Positions 34,512 through 43,675 of a stretch of DNA of 61,498 nucleotides are shown here, in pieces. Position 1 is the stretch's first letter. Each line of letters opens with the position of its first letter. Position numbers and translations under genes: made by a program. The DNA lies in contig CAYHXI010000001.1 of NCBI GenBank assembly GCA_964360565.1, positions 1 to 61,498 on the forward strand. Direction: 5' to 3'. Below the pieces are notes generated by a model, which was given only the letters and a program-made list of their open reading frames with translations, made no database searches and had not been told where the DNA came from. The stretch is from an uncultured Methanosarcinales archaeon. GTDB taxonomy: Archaea; Nanobdellota; Nanobdellia; Woesearchaeales; ARS49.

Positions 34512-35618
34512 TCATTTTAATAAATTCTTAGATTCTCGAATAACCTCTTCTTCTGTTATGTAATTTATGCAATTGTCATTATATTCTCGACATAATTCTC
34601 TGCTCGCAAAGATTTTATTTAAATTATATTCTCTACATTTTCCACGACAAACTGTGTCTTTTTGAAGAGATATTTGATTTTCATTAATCGGTCCCCAGAA
34701 ATTTAATATTGTTGGTCCATAAATTATTACTGCTGGAGTTTTTGTTGCAGATGAAATGTGGACTGTTGAAGTATCTATTGTTATTAACAAGTCACTTTCA
34801 GAAATTAAGGCAGCTAATTTGTTAAATGTATCTGGAACAATAATTTCTGATTTATTCTTCATTTTGCCAACTATATTTTTAACGTAATCTATTCCTTCTT
34901 CAGGAGAAATAAATAAAACCACATTATTTTTACAGAGTTCTTCTGCAATACTCACCCATTTATCTGTCTGCCACAAATGATTCTTATTTTCTGAATATGT
35001 GTGAATAAGAATAACTTTCCTCCTTTTTTCATTCAGTCTGATTATTTCTTTGGCCCACAGTTCATCTTTTTTAGAGAAAAAAACTTCAGGTCTTTTATTT
35101 TTAATATATTTAACAAATGGTTTTATTATCTCTAAATAATTATCAATCATGTGATTTGAAGGATAATTGATTTCTAAACTCGGCAAAAAACCTCTGAAAC
35201 CGCCTCTTTTAAAGTAAAGTCGGTATTTACTTCCCACTAAAAATGAAAAAAACCATCGTCTAAAATTGCTCAGCGTTATTTGTAAATCAAAACACACTTC
35301 AATATGCAGATTATTTATTTCTTGCACTAAATTAAAATAATCAGGAAGTCTTCCAGAATACAGTATCAATTTATCAACATACTTACATTCTTTTAAAACT
35401 TCATAACCTTTTGAAGAGACAACTACAAAAATATTACAAGTAGAAAAAGTACTTTTTAACTCTCTCAACATGGAAGTCATCATTATTGTATCTCCATAAC
35501 CTTGAGGATTTATCACCAGGATATTTTTCTCAGAGAGATCTATGTTTTTCAGTCTATTTTTTTTAATGAAAAAATAGAAATCGTTCACCGCCCCTATTAC
35601 TAATATTTTTAATTTCAT
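34512..35618 (-). CDS. GT9-family (heptosyltransferase-like) glycosyltransferase
   Basis: GYGDTIMMTSMLRELK near the N-terminus and IDTSTVHISSATKTPAVIIYGPT near the C-terminus. Confidence 0.75.
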   Translation of the reverse strand: MKLKILVIGAVNDFYFFIKKNRLKNIDLSEKNILVINPQGYGDTIMMTSMLRELKSTFSTCNIFVVVSSKGYEVLKECKYVDKLILYSGRLPDYFNLVQEINNLHIEVCFDLQITLSNFRRWFFSFLVGSKYRLYFKRGGFRGFLPSLEINYPSNHMIDNYLEIIKPFVKYIKNKRPEVFFSKKDELWAKEIIRLNEKRRKVILIHTYSENKNHLWQTDKWVSIAEELCKNNVVLFISPEEGIDYVKNIVGKMKNKSEIIVPDTFNKLAALISESDLLITIDTSTVHISSATKTPAVIIYGPTILNFWGPINENQISLQKDTVCRGKCREYNLNKIFASRELCREYNDNCINYITEEEVIRESKNLLK

Positions 35619-36421
35619 TTTCGTAAACTAGATTTTTTTGCCACAACATATAAATAATTGCAAACATTATTTCTTATTAACTGTAAATATGGTGCTAGTT
35701 TATAAGTAATTTTCAAAAAATGATTTTCAATGGATGGCGGGGCGAGGTTTATAACAGTCGGACGAATAAAAATATCTGAAAAACCATTATTTTTTAAGCA
35801 CACGACATAATCTTTTTTCTTCTTAATGTATAAATCAGGATGACAACGATTATAAATAGTTCCATCATTTTTAACTAATCCGCGAATTTTTGCAATATAT
35901 TGGTACAACTCAGAAGTCACACCTTCCAAAAAATCTAGCCGTAACAACCTTAAATATGTTTTAAACCACCTAACATACCATAAAGGTTCATTAAAAAGGA
36001 GATACCCTTCCTTCTTAAGTAAATAAAAACATGTTTTTATTAGATTGTTAAAAGAAGCAGAATCCAAATAAACTAAAACACCGTTGGACATGATGACATC
36101 AAAAGAGTTTATTTTAAAAGGTAGTTTATTTATATCTGCTTGGACACATAATACCTCATATTTTTCTTTTGCTATTTTTAGAAAAGGAAAAGACAAATCT
36201 GCATTTATCAAAAAACAAGAATTATTAATGTATCTGCTAAAATAACCCGCCCCCCCTCCCAACTCAAGAATTTTTTTATTTTTAATATATTTTTTCCAGT
36301 CTGGAACAACACAATTTTGGTTTATGAATTCTCTTTTAAACTGTTTATTTGCATCTTCAATGTATTTTAAATATTCCTCTTCATAATATTTTTTTACGTC
36401 CATTGATTGTTTATGATTCAT
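35615..36421 (-). CDS. class I SAM-dependent methyltransferase
   Basis: ILELGGGAGYF motif I and DVIMSNGVLVYL. Confidence 0.75.
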   Translation of the reverse strand: MNHKQSMDVKKYYEEEYLKYIEDANKQFKREFINQNCVVPDWKKYIKNKKILELGGGAGYFSRYINNSCFLINADLSFPFLKIAKEKYEVLCVQADINKLPFKINSFDVIMSNGVLVYLDSASFNNLIKTCFYLLKKEGYLLFNEPLWYVRWFKTYLRLLRLDFLEGVTSELYQYIAKIRGLVKNDGTIYNRCHPDLYIKKKKDYVVCLKNNGFSDIFIRPTVINLAPPSIENHFLKITYKLAPYLQLIRNNVCNYLYVVAKKSSLRK

Positions 36422-36440
36422 TAGTTGAAAAACTCATAGA

Positions 36441-36453
36441 TTTATATATAAAT
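36441..36453. promoter_or_regulatory. overlapping back-to-back TATA cores between divergent genes
   Basis: In TTTATATATAAAT, the core TTTATATA (36441-36448) lies 22 nt before ATG 36471. The complementary core (36445-36452) lies 23 nt from the start at 36421. Confidence 0.5.
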
Positions 36454-36470
36454 ATATGCTTTGTAGCAAA

Positions 36471-37568
36471 ATGAACTTATCTATCTTGGTGCGGAACGAT
36501 AATAGTATAACTGGAGTCTCAAGATGTGAAACTGAACTTGTTAAGAGAATTAAGAATAAATTTAAAGTAAATGTATTCACATCAAAATTTTATCCTCTGC
36601 CACACAGAGTAATAAGATATTTTAATTTTATTTTTAAACTAATGCTGCCAAGAAAAATCAGAAAAGATAAATCCAGAATCCTACACCTTCTCGATCAACA
36701 GTTAGCAATCATTTTGAACTTTTTATTTTTAAAAGAAACTGTAATTGTAACAGTTTATGATATGTACTCGTTTAGTTATGAATATAAAAGAACTTATGAT
36801 TTTGTTAAGAGAATTCAATATTTCTTAGTTAATTTAGGTTTAAGGAAAGTAGACTATTTTATAGCCATATCTGAGGTGGTGAAAAAACAAATAATACATC
36901 ATCTTAATGTTCCTGAAGATAGAATATCTCTGATGCGTTTAGGAATTGATCATCAAAAGTTCAAAAGAATATCTGTAAATAAAAGAGAATTTCTTAAAAA
37001 ATATGATATTCCAACTGATAAAAAGATAGTCTTATATGTTGGTGCCGAAAAACCACAAAAGAATTTTGAAGCGCTCATTAGAGCATTCTATGAAATTAAA
37101 AAAGAGTGTAATGATTCGATACTTATTAAAATAGGTTCTGCTCAAGATAATGTGATGAGAGATTTTCATATTGGCTTGATAAAAAAATTAAACTTAGGAC
37201 AAGATATATTTTTTACCGGATTTGTTCAAGAGTACGATTTGCCTGCATTTTATAATATTGCTGATGTTTTCGTTATGCCTTCAATAGATGAAGCTGGCTT
37301 TGATTTGCCTGTTGTCGAAGCCATGGCATGCGGTTGTCCGATAATATTCTGTGATGAATCACTAAATGAGACTGTTGGAAATGCAGGAATTCTTGTTGAA
37401 AATAGTCCTGAAAAAATAGCCGATGCAATTTTTAGAGTAACAAACGACAAAAAATTAAAAGCAGAGTTAGAAAAGAAAAGTTTTAAACAGTCTAAATTGT
37501 TCAATTGGGATGATTCCGCACGACAACTTTTTAAAATATATGAACAAATAGAAAAAAACATCAATTAA
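36471..37568 (+). CDS. GT4-family glycosyltransferase
   Basis: C-terminal EAGFDLPVVEAMACGCPIIF. Start set to ATG 36471, 22 nt from the TATA core at 36441-36448; the track start 36456 would leave no room for a promoter. Confidence 0.8.
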   Translation: MNLSILVRNDNSITGVSRCETELVKRIKNKFKVNVFTSKFYPLPHRVIRYFNFIFKLMLPRKIRKDKSRILHLLDQQLAIILNFLFLKETVIVTVYDMYSFSYEYKRTYDFVKRIQYFLVNLGLRKVDYFIAISEVVKKQIIHHLNVPEDRISLMRLGIDHQKFKRISVNKREFLKKYDIPTDKKIVLYVGAEKPQKNFEALIRAFYEIKKECNDSILIKIGSAQDNVMRDFHIGLIKKLNLGQDIFFTGFVQEYDLPAFYNIADVFVMPSIDEAGFDLPVVEAMACGCPIIFCDESLNETVGNAGILVENSPEKIADAIFRVTNDKKLKAELEKKSFKQSKLFNWDDSARQLFKIYEQIEKNIN

Positions 37569-38284
37569 TTTTTAACTCCAACATACAATCCTTTCTCTTT
37601 CACAAGTCCATTTTTAACAAATGTTGTTTTAAGTCCAACAGTTCTCATAAGTTTTAAAGTTTTGTCTACGTTGAACAGTCCTAAAGTGTGTTTATCAACC
37701 AGATATTTTACTGGTTTGTTTTTTTCAGCCAACAAATAATGCATATCTATTAAAGAATTATTTCCAAATATTTTAGAATCTCTTAGCCTTACAATATCTA
37801 CCTCATTCCCTCGGTAGATTGTTGAATGAAATCCAGTTTTGTATGTTTTTTTATTGAACCAAGGTTCTATTATTATCACGCCTCCTTTTTTAAGGTGTTC
37901 AGAAAATTTTTTTATTGTTTTTCTTAAATTCTCATATGTTTTAACATAACCTATTGACGCGAATAAACACAATATCACATCAAATTTTTTATTGAGTTTC
38001 ATATTTATCATATTTGCCTGTACAAAATCTATGCCTTTAATGTTCTTCTTTGCAACTTTAAGAACGCCTCTATTAATATCTACTCCTGTGCAGGAAAAAC
38101 CTTTTTTAAAATATTTCAAATATCTTCCTGTTCCACAAGCAACTTCCAAAAGTTCTTTTCCAGATGATTTTTTATATTTTGAAATTAGTTTTTTAATTTT
38201 ATTTGCTTCTTGCTTATAGTTTTTTGAAGAATAAATTAAGTCATAATGTTTTCCAAAATTCTTGAAAAGTAATTGATCTGCCAC
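37565..38284 (-). CDS. TylM1/DesVI-like sugar N,N-dimethyltransferase (SAM-dependent)
   Basis: Collinear with my recollection of TylM1: YDLIY...LLEVACGTGRYL...DVILCLFASIGY...GGVIIIEPWF...MHYLL. GTG start; TATA-like box 38305-38313. Confidence 0.65.
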   Translation of the reverse strand: MADQLLFKNFGKHYDLIYSSKNYKQEANKIKKLISKYKKSSGKELLEVACGTGRYLKYFKKGFSCTGVDINRGVLKVAKKNIKGIDFVQANMINMKLNKKFDVILCLFASIGYVKTYENLRKTIKKFSEHLKKGGVIIIEPWFNKKTYKTGFHSTIYRGNEVDIVRLRDSKIFGNNSLIDMHYLLAEKNKPVKYLVDKHTLGLFNVDKTLKLMRTVGLKTTFVKNGLVKEKGLYVGVKN

Positions 38285-38315
38285 GAATATTGTATACTCT
38301 AGAATTATATAAATC

Positions 38316-38363
38316 TTGCTGAACTTTTGCAGTTCATATATGAAATAGTCAAAAGTTCAGCAA
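38316..38363. repeat. perfect 14-bp hairpin H5 with palindromic loop
   Basis: TTGCTGAACTTTTG (38316-38329) pairs with CAAAAGTTCAGCAA (38350-38363). The loop contains the palindrome TTCATATATGAA. Confidence 0.75.
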
Positions 38364-38422
38364 ACTATCCTTTTGCGTCAATAAGCCAACACTGGAAACA
38401 CAAAAGTCTAGTCTTGCTAAAA

Positions 38423-38430
38423 TTTATAAA
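38423..38430 (+). promoter_or_regulatory. TATA box for gmd
   Basis: TTTATAAA 36 nt upstream of ATG 38467. Confidence 0.45.
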
Positions 38431-38466
38431 GATGTGTGAAGAAATAACAGATTAGAGGCAATATAG

Positions 38467-39459
38467 ATGACTAAACGCGCACTTATAACAGGAATAACTG
38501 GACAAGATGGATCATATTTGGCCGAACTTTTGCTTTCTAAAGGTTATGAAGTTTATGGAATTGTAAGACGAAGCAGCACACTTAATAGAAAAAATATCGA
38601 TCATTTGCAGAATGAAAGTTCTGTCATGAATTCAAGATTTAAGTTATTATATGGAGATCTTACTGATGCAAATTCAATATCCAAAATTTTGCATGATGTG
38701 AAACCTGATGAAGTTTATAATTTAGGTGCGCAAAGTCATGTTAGAGTTAGTTTTGATGTGCCAGTTTATACTGCGGATACTATCGCATTAGGCACTCTGA
38801 GGCTTCTTGAAGCGATTAGACAGGAAAATACAAAAATAAAGTTTTATCAGGCTTCGAGCAGCGAGATGTATGGTAAAGTGCTCGAAATACCCCAAAAAGA
38901 GAACACTCCTTTTAATCCTAGAAGTCCTTATGCTTGTGCAAAGGTATTTGCGCATCAAATTACTAAATTATATAGAGATTCTTATAATATGTTTGCATGC
39001 GGTGGAATATTATTTAATCATGAATCTCCTAGAAGAGGAGACACTTTTGTTACAAAAAAAATTGTTAAAGCAGTTGTGCAAATAAAGCTAGGAAAACAAA
39101 AAGAGCTGTACTTGGGAAACCTAGAATCAAAAAGAGACTGGGGTTATGCTCCTGAATATGTTGAAGCAATGTGGCGTATACTTCAGCAGGAAAAACCAGA
39201 TGATTTCGTTATTGCAACTGGAGAAACACACACAGTTAAAGAATTTATCGAAGAAGCATTTAACTATGTTAATCTCAACTGGAAAGATTACGTTAAAATA
39301 GATGCTAAGTATTATCGTGCATCTGAAGTGGATTTTTTACAAGGAGACTATGCTAAAGCTAAAGAAAAACTTGGTTGGGAGCCTAAAGTGAAGTTTAAGC
39401 AGTTAGTTAAGTTGATGATTGATGCAGAGTTTGAAGAAGAAAAAAGAGCACGAATGTGA
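38467..39459 (+). CDS. gmd: GDP-mannose 4,6-dehydratase
   Basis: [42 protein letters not shown] and [10 protein letters not shown]. Confidence 0.95.
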   Translation: MTKRALITGITGQDGSYLAELLLSKGYEVYGIVRRSSTLNRKNIDHLQNESSVMNSRFKLLYGDLTDANSISKILHDVKPDEVYNLGAQSHVRVSFDVPVYTADTIALGTLRLLEAIRQENTKIKFYQASSSEMYGKVLEIPQKENTPFNPRSPYACAKVFAHQITKLYRDSYNMFACGGILFNHESPRRGDTFVTKKIVKAVVQIKLGKQKELYLGNLESKRDWGYAPEYVEAMWRILQQEKPDDFVIATGETHTVKEFIEEAFNYVNLNWKDYVKIDAKYYRASEVDFLQGDYAKAKEKLGWEPKVKFKQLVKLMIDAEFEEEKRARM

Positions 39460-39464
39460 TTAAT

Positions 39465-39504
39465 AGTGAACGACACAAATAATAGGACACTAGTGTCGTT
39501 CACT
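39465..39504. repeat. perfect 12-bp hairpin T1 downstream of gmd
   Basis: AGTGAACGACAC (39465-39476) pairs with GTGTCGTTCACT (39493-39504); 16-nt loop. Confidence 0.75.
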
Positions 39505-39506
39505 AA

Positions 39507-39554
39507 ATAGTTGGCGACTCAAAAGAGTGTTCAATAACTTTCTTCGCCAACTAT
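39507..39554. repeat. perfect 11-bp hairpin T2
   Basis: ATAGTTGGCGA (39507-39517) pairs with TCGCCAACTAT (39544-39554); 26-nt loop. Confidence 0.75.
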
Positions 39555-39607
39555 AAATACAAATTAATTAGCTATTTCTGCAAATAATATTTTAGGTACT
39601 TTCAGAG

Positions 39608-39812
39608 TACGTGGAAAGCTCAGTCTTTATAATATCAAGAAATTTTTCCGCCATGCAAGATTAGTTATTTGCTGATTCGCTGGTTTTATTCGTTTCCATC
39701 TCCCTCGGACCCGAAGGGAGATGGAAACGATTATCAACAAAAAAAGGGAAAAACAAACAGCGTGGCGGAAAAATTTACCAAAGTGAAATACTTCTCTTAG
39801 CTTTCCACGTAT
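39608..39812. ncRNA. triple-nested inverted repeat: candidate structured RNA, bidirectional terminator or MITE-like element
   Basis: IR-A: TACGTGGAAAGCT 39608-39620 pairs with 39800-39812 (13 bp, perfect). IR-B: AAATTTTTCCGCCATGC 39640-39656 pairs with 39760-39776 (17 bp with one T/G pair). IR-C: CGTTTCCATCTCCCT 39691-39705 pairs with AGGGAGATGGAAACG 39715-39729 (15 bp, perfect). Confidence 0.35.
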
Positions 39813-40933
39813 CTTTCAGAAACTTCTGGTTTTTTTTGTATTTTTCTAAGTATTGATGCGATATATTTTAATTGATCATCAGTTAATTTCGGACTTGAAG
39901 GTAAATAAAGACCTTCTTTTTCAAGCATTTCACTGACTGGAAATTTATCCTGTTGAGAAATGAATTTTTTCAAAGGAGGTTGTTTATGCATTCCTGTGAA
40001 AAAGAATCGCGAATCAATTCCATTTTCAAATAATTGTTTTTTTACTTCATCTCTTTCAACACCGAATTCTTTTTTTATTAATATTCCATACATCCAGTAA
40101 ACATTGCGTACATCTTTACTTTCAAACGGTGTTCGAATCCCAGGAATGTCTTTAAGTAATTCATTATATTTGTATGATATTTCTCTTTTTCGACGTATTA
40201 TTTCTTCTATTTTCTCTAATTGAGCGAGTCCTATGGCTGCTTGCAAATTAGTAAAAGGATACTTAAAACCTATCTCTTCATGAACATACCTTCTTTCTTT
40301 ATCAAAACAAAAGTTAGCCAACCAACGCGCTCTTTCTGCTAACTTTTCATTATCTGTGATGACTATTCCGCCTTCACCTGTTGTAACGATTTTGTTAGAA
40401 TAGAAACTGAATGCGCTCATATGTCCGAAGCTACCGACCTTTTTTCCTTTGTATAATGCTCCGTGAGCTTCTGCTGCATCTTCTATAATATACAAATTAT
40501 GTTTTTTAGCAATTCTTTGTATTTTATCCATATCGCAGGGATGACCATAAATGTGTACTGGCATAATTGCTTTAGTTCGTTCAGTAATTTTTTCTTCTAT
40601 TTTCTCAGGATCTATATTAAACGTCTGAGGTTCAGCATCAACAAATACTGGCTTTGCACCTGTGTAAATTACGCTTAAAGGGCAGGCCATCATAGTAAAA
40701 TTAGGAATTATTACTTCATCACCCTCTTTAATTCCTAGTGTTGAGACTGCTAGGTGTAACGCTGCAGTTCCACTAGGTACACAGATGCCATATTTAACAC
40801 CGCAATAAGAAGCAAATTCTTTTTCAAAAAGCTTGTTGTATTTGCCTCCTGAAGAAATCCAATTTAAATCTAAGCAATCATTCACATATTTCTTTTCGTT
40901 TCCATTTAGAGGAGGTTCATATACTGGAATCAT
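39797..40933 (-). CDS. DegT/DnrJ/EryC1/StrS-family PLP-dependent sugar aminotransferase
   Basis: Family layout with SFYSNKIVTTGEGG, which holds the PLP lysine context. Confidence 0.9.
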   Translation of the reverse strand: MIPVYEPPLNGNEKKYVNDCLDLNWISSGGKYNKLFEKEFASYCGVKYGICVPSGTAALHLAVSTLGIKEGDEVIIPNFTMMACPLSVIYTGAKPVFVDAEPQTFNIDPEKIEEKITERTKAIMPVHIYGHPCDMDKIQRIAKKHNLYIIEDAAEAHGALYKGKKVGSFGHMSAFSFYSNKIVTTGEGGIVITDNEKLAERARWLANFCFDKERRYVHEEIGFKYPFTNLQAAIGLAQLEKIEEIIRRKREISYKYNELLKDIPGIRTPFESKDVRNVYWMYGILIKKEFGVERDEVKKQLFENGIDSRFFFTGMHKQPPLKKFISQQDKFPVSEMLEKEGLYLPSSPKLTDDQLKYIASILRKIQKKPEVSERYVES

Positions 40934-40937
40934 GCCA

Positions 40938-41312
40938 TCATACTCTCACAGTATCATTTTCATAACCATTATTACTCCTTGATTCGGAGTTCATGTCTAA
41001 AAATACAGTGTCTTCCAAGAATTCCATTCTATGAGCTACACCTGCAGGAATAAACACCAAGTCTCCACTTGAAAGAATGTTTTCTGTTAATTTTTTTGGC
41101 TCTTTAATTTGCCAAGTAATTAGTTTTACTTTTCCAGATATTATATAATTGTACTGTGTTTGTTTAATGTGATAATGATTTCCTCTAACAGTTCCTTTTT
41201 TGGAATTTATTATTCCAGTGTGCAATATTGCAACATCATCAAGTATGTCTGATATTGCTCCTCGTTCATCACTGAAAGCAGGAGTTACTTTTTTTATTTT
41301 AATTTGTGTCAT
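40938..41312 (-). CDS. WxcM/FdtA-like cupin (NDP-4-keto-6-deoxyhexose 3,4-ketoisomerase-like)
   Basis: Small cupin with SDERGAISDI and VRGNHYH. Start set to ATG 41312, with GGAGG (41318-41322 on the complement) 5 nt upstream. Confidence 0.65.
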   Translation of the reverse strand: MTQIKIKKVTPAFSDERGAISDILDDVAILHTGIINSKKGTVRGNHYHIKQTQYNYIISGKVKLITWQIKEPKKLTENILSSGDLVFIPAGVAHRMEFLEDTVFLDMNSESRSNNGYENDTVRV

Positions 41313-41332
41313 ATTGGCCTCCAAATGCACTG

Positions 41333-42595
41333 TTAAACTATTTTTGGTTCAGGTATTGGTATAATAAATTTTCCTCCTTGTTTAACATATTCTTGATTAT
41401 TTTTTATAATTTCATCAGCAAAATTCCATGCCAGTAGTAGTGCATAATCTGGTTTGTCTTTCAACAATCGATTGTCTGAAACAACAGGGATGTGCATTCC
41501 AGGAGAATATGTTCCTATTTTAAGGTTAGATTTTTCTGTTAAGTAATCTAAATATTGAGTTCCTATTTTACAATAATTTAATAATGTGTTTCCTTTTGCA
41601 GGAGCGCTAACTCCCACTATTTTTTTCCCTTGTTTTTTTAAATCAACTAAAAGAGATATTAAATCATGTCTGTGCTGACTGACTTTTTTTGAAAAATTTC
41701 TTAAAGACTCTAAATTGTAAATTCCTGTTTCTTGTTCAAGAGTTAGTAATTTGTTAACATTATCTGAAACTTGGTAAACTCCTTTTCTGCCAACAAATAC
41801 TCTTATAGAACCACCGTGAATTGTTACACGTTCAACATCGAATAGTTCCATTTCGTGTTTGTTGAAAAATTTAACTAACGGTTTTATAGATAAATACCCT
41901 AGATGTTCATGATATATTGTATCGTATTCTAGATGATTAAACAGGTCTACAAAGTATGGTGCTTCAAACACAAATACTCCTCGCTCAGATAATTGCATAT
42001 CTATGGCTTTCATGAAATCATTGAGATTACCTATGTGAGCAAACACATTTGTTGCAGTAATTATATCTGCTTTACCTTTGCTTTTAACTATTTGAGGTAC
42101 AACTTCACATCCGAAAAATTCAGGAATTGTTTCTATTCCATTAGCATTGGCTATTTCTGCAATATTTTTTGCAGGATCAACTCCCAGAACTCGCATACCT
42201 TGAATTTTAAATCCTGATAACAAAACTCCAACATTACTTCCTATATCTATGACAAACGAACTCTTAGGCAAATTAAATTTTTTACATACCTCCTCTGCCA
42301 TTTTATAAAAGTGTTCTTTTCCTCGCTTTGTTATGTTTGCTTCGTAGGGATAATTTATTTGGTATAAAATAACTGGAGAAACAACATGTCTGAGCTGTAT
42401 AAATCCACACTCATCGCACAGCAGTACTTTAAGTGGATAGTGTGCTTCACCAGTATGTAGTTCTTCTTCTTTTAAAAATCTGTCTGAAGGAGGTGAGTGT
42501 TCAAGATCCAAAAAGTCAGTGAGCTTTTGACTATCACACATTCTACAATGTAGAATTGTTTGTATTTCCCCGTTTTTATTACTAACTATAGTCAT
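41333..42595 (-). CDS. NDP-hexose C-methyltransferase-like (TylC3/NovU type) with N-terminal zinc ribbon
   Basis: CRMCDS...CDECGFIQL zinc ribbon, SAM motif VIDIGSNVG, and a C-terminal C-methyltransferase-type domain. Confidence 0.7.
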   Translation of the reverse strand: MTIVSNKNGEIQTILHCRMCDSQKLTDFLDLEHSPPSDRFLKEEELHTGEAHYPLKVLLCDECGFIQLRHVVSPVILYQINYPYEANITKRGKEHFYKMAEEVCKKFNLPKSSFVIDIGSNVGVLLSGFKIQGMRVLGVDPAKNIAEIANANGIETIPEFFGCEVVPQIVKSKGKADIITATNVFAHIGNLNDFMKAIDMQLSERGVFVFEAPYFVDLFNHLEYDTIYHEHLGYLSIKPLVKFFNKHEMELFDVERVTIHGGSIRVFVGRKGVYQVSDNVNKLLTLEQETGIYNLESLRNFSKKVSQHRHDLISLLVDLKKQGKKIVGVSAPAKGNTLLNYCKIGTQYLDYLTEKSNLKIGTYSPGMHIPVVSDNRLLKDKPDYALLLAWNFADEIIKNNQEYVKQGGKFIIPIPEPKIV

Positions 42596-42678
42596 TCTTT
42601 GATATTTTGAAAACTGGACGATTTATAAAGCTTACGAACATGAAAAACATAACTGTTTAAAGAACCAAATGGATTTCG

Positions 42679-43650
42679 ATGATGATGAATGAACTGAATA
42701 AACTATTAGTTATCCGCATAGATCAATTAGGGGATGTTCTGCTTACTTTTGCAGTAATAAATAAAATTAAAAAGAAAAACGATGCACTTAAAATAGATAT
42801 TTTAGTTAAAGAAGAATTTAGAGAATTTTTAATCTCTAAAAAATTTTTTAACAAAGTGATTGGATTTCAAAACACTTTTTTTGGCAAAATCATTTGCTTG
42901 ATAAGATTGTCTTTTTTGAAGTATGACTTAACAGTTGACTGTGTAACAAGAAGTGATTTCTTTTCTTCTCTTTGTTTGTTATTTTCAAATGCAAATAAGA
43001 AAAGAGGATTTGCAGTTGGATTGAGAAAGTATTTAATCAATGATGTTGTTAAACCTCCAACAGAACTTTTACACGAGACTGAATTCGTGAAAAAATTAAT
43101 TTATGATTATGAAATTGAAACTGTTGATGTGTATGCTGAACGAGAACTAAAAAGAACTGAGTTAATTATTGCAATTAGTCCTTTTGCAAGTCATTTTGTG
43201 AAAGAGTGGCCTTTAGAGAAATGGGACAAATTTATTGAAAAATTAAAATTGATAAAAAATTGTGAAGTGCATATTTTTGGTTTAAAGAAGCACCAGAAAT
43301 TACTTGAAAAATTATCTGCAGATGGAGTGGTTATTCATTACAATTTAAGTTTAACAGCCTTCTATAATATTCTAAAAAAAACCTCATTGCACATAACTGT
43401 TAACAATGGTGCAATGCATCTGGCTGCTATTGCGGGAGTGCCTCAGATAATTCTTAATGGACCTTCAAGTTTAACACGTTGGAAACCTCTTCAAAAGAAT
43501 CCAACTGTGCTTTCTTCTAATCTAGATTGCACCCAAAGCGAAGAAAAGTTCGGTTCTTTTGAGCGTTGTGTTGAAAATAATGGTGATTGTATGAATGCAA
43601 TAACTGTTGAAGATGTTTTAAAGGCAGTTAAAAAGAAAATTAAAGCTTAA
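42679..43650 (+). CDS. GT9-family (heptosyltransferase-like) glycosyltransferase
   Basis: IDQLGDVLLTFAVI and NNGAMHLAAIAGVPQIILNGPS. Confidence 0.7.
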   Translation: MMMNELNKLLVIRIDQLGDVLLTFAVINKIKKKNDALKIDILVKEEFREFLISKKFFNKVIGFQNTFFGKIICLIRLSFLKYDLTVDCVTRSDFFSSLCLLFSNANKKRGFAVGLRKYLINDVVKPPTELLHETEFVKKLIYDYEIETVDVYAERELKRTELIIAISPFASHFVKEWPLEKWDKFIEKLKLIKNCEVHIFGLKKHQKLLEKLSADGVVIHYNLSLTAFYNILKKTSLHITVNNGAMHLAAIAGVPQIILNGPSSLTRWKPLQKNPTVLSSNLDCTQSEEKFGSFERCVENNGDCMNAITVEDVLKAVKKKIKA

Positions 43651-43675
43651 CAATCAAGCATTGTTTATTTGATAC

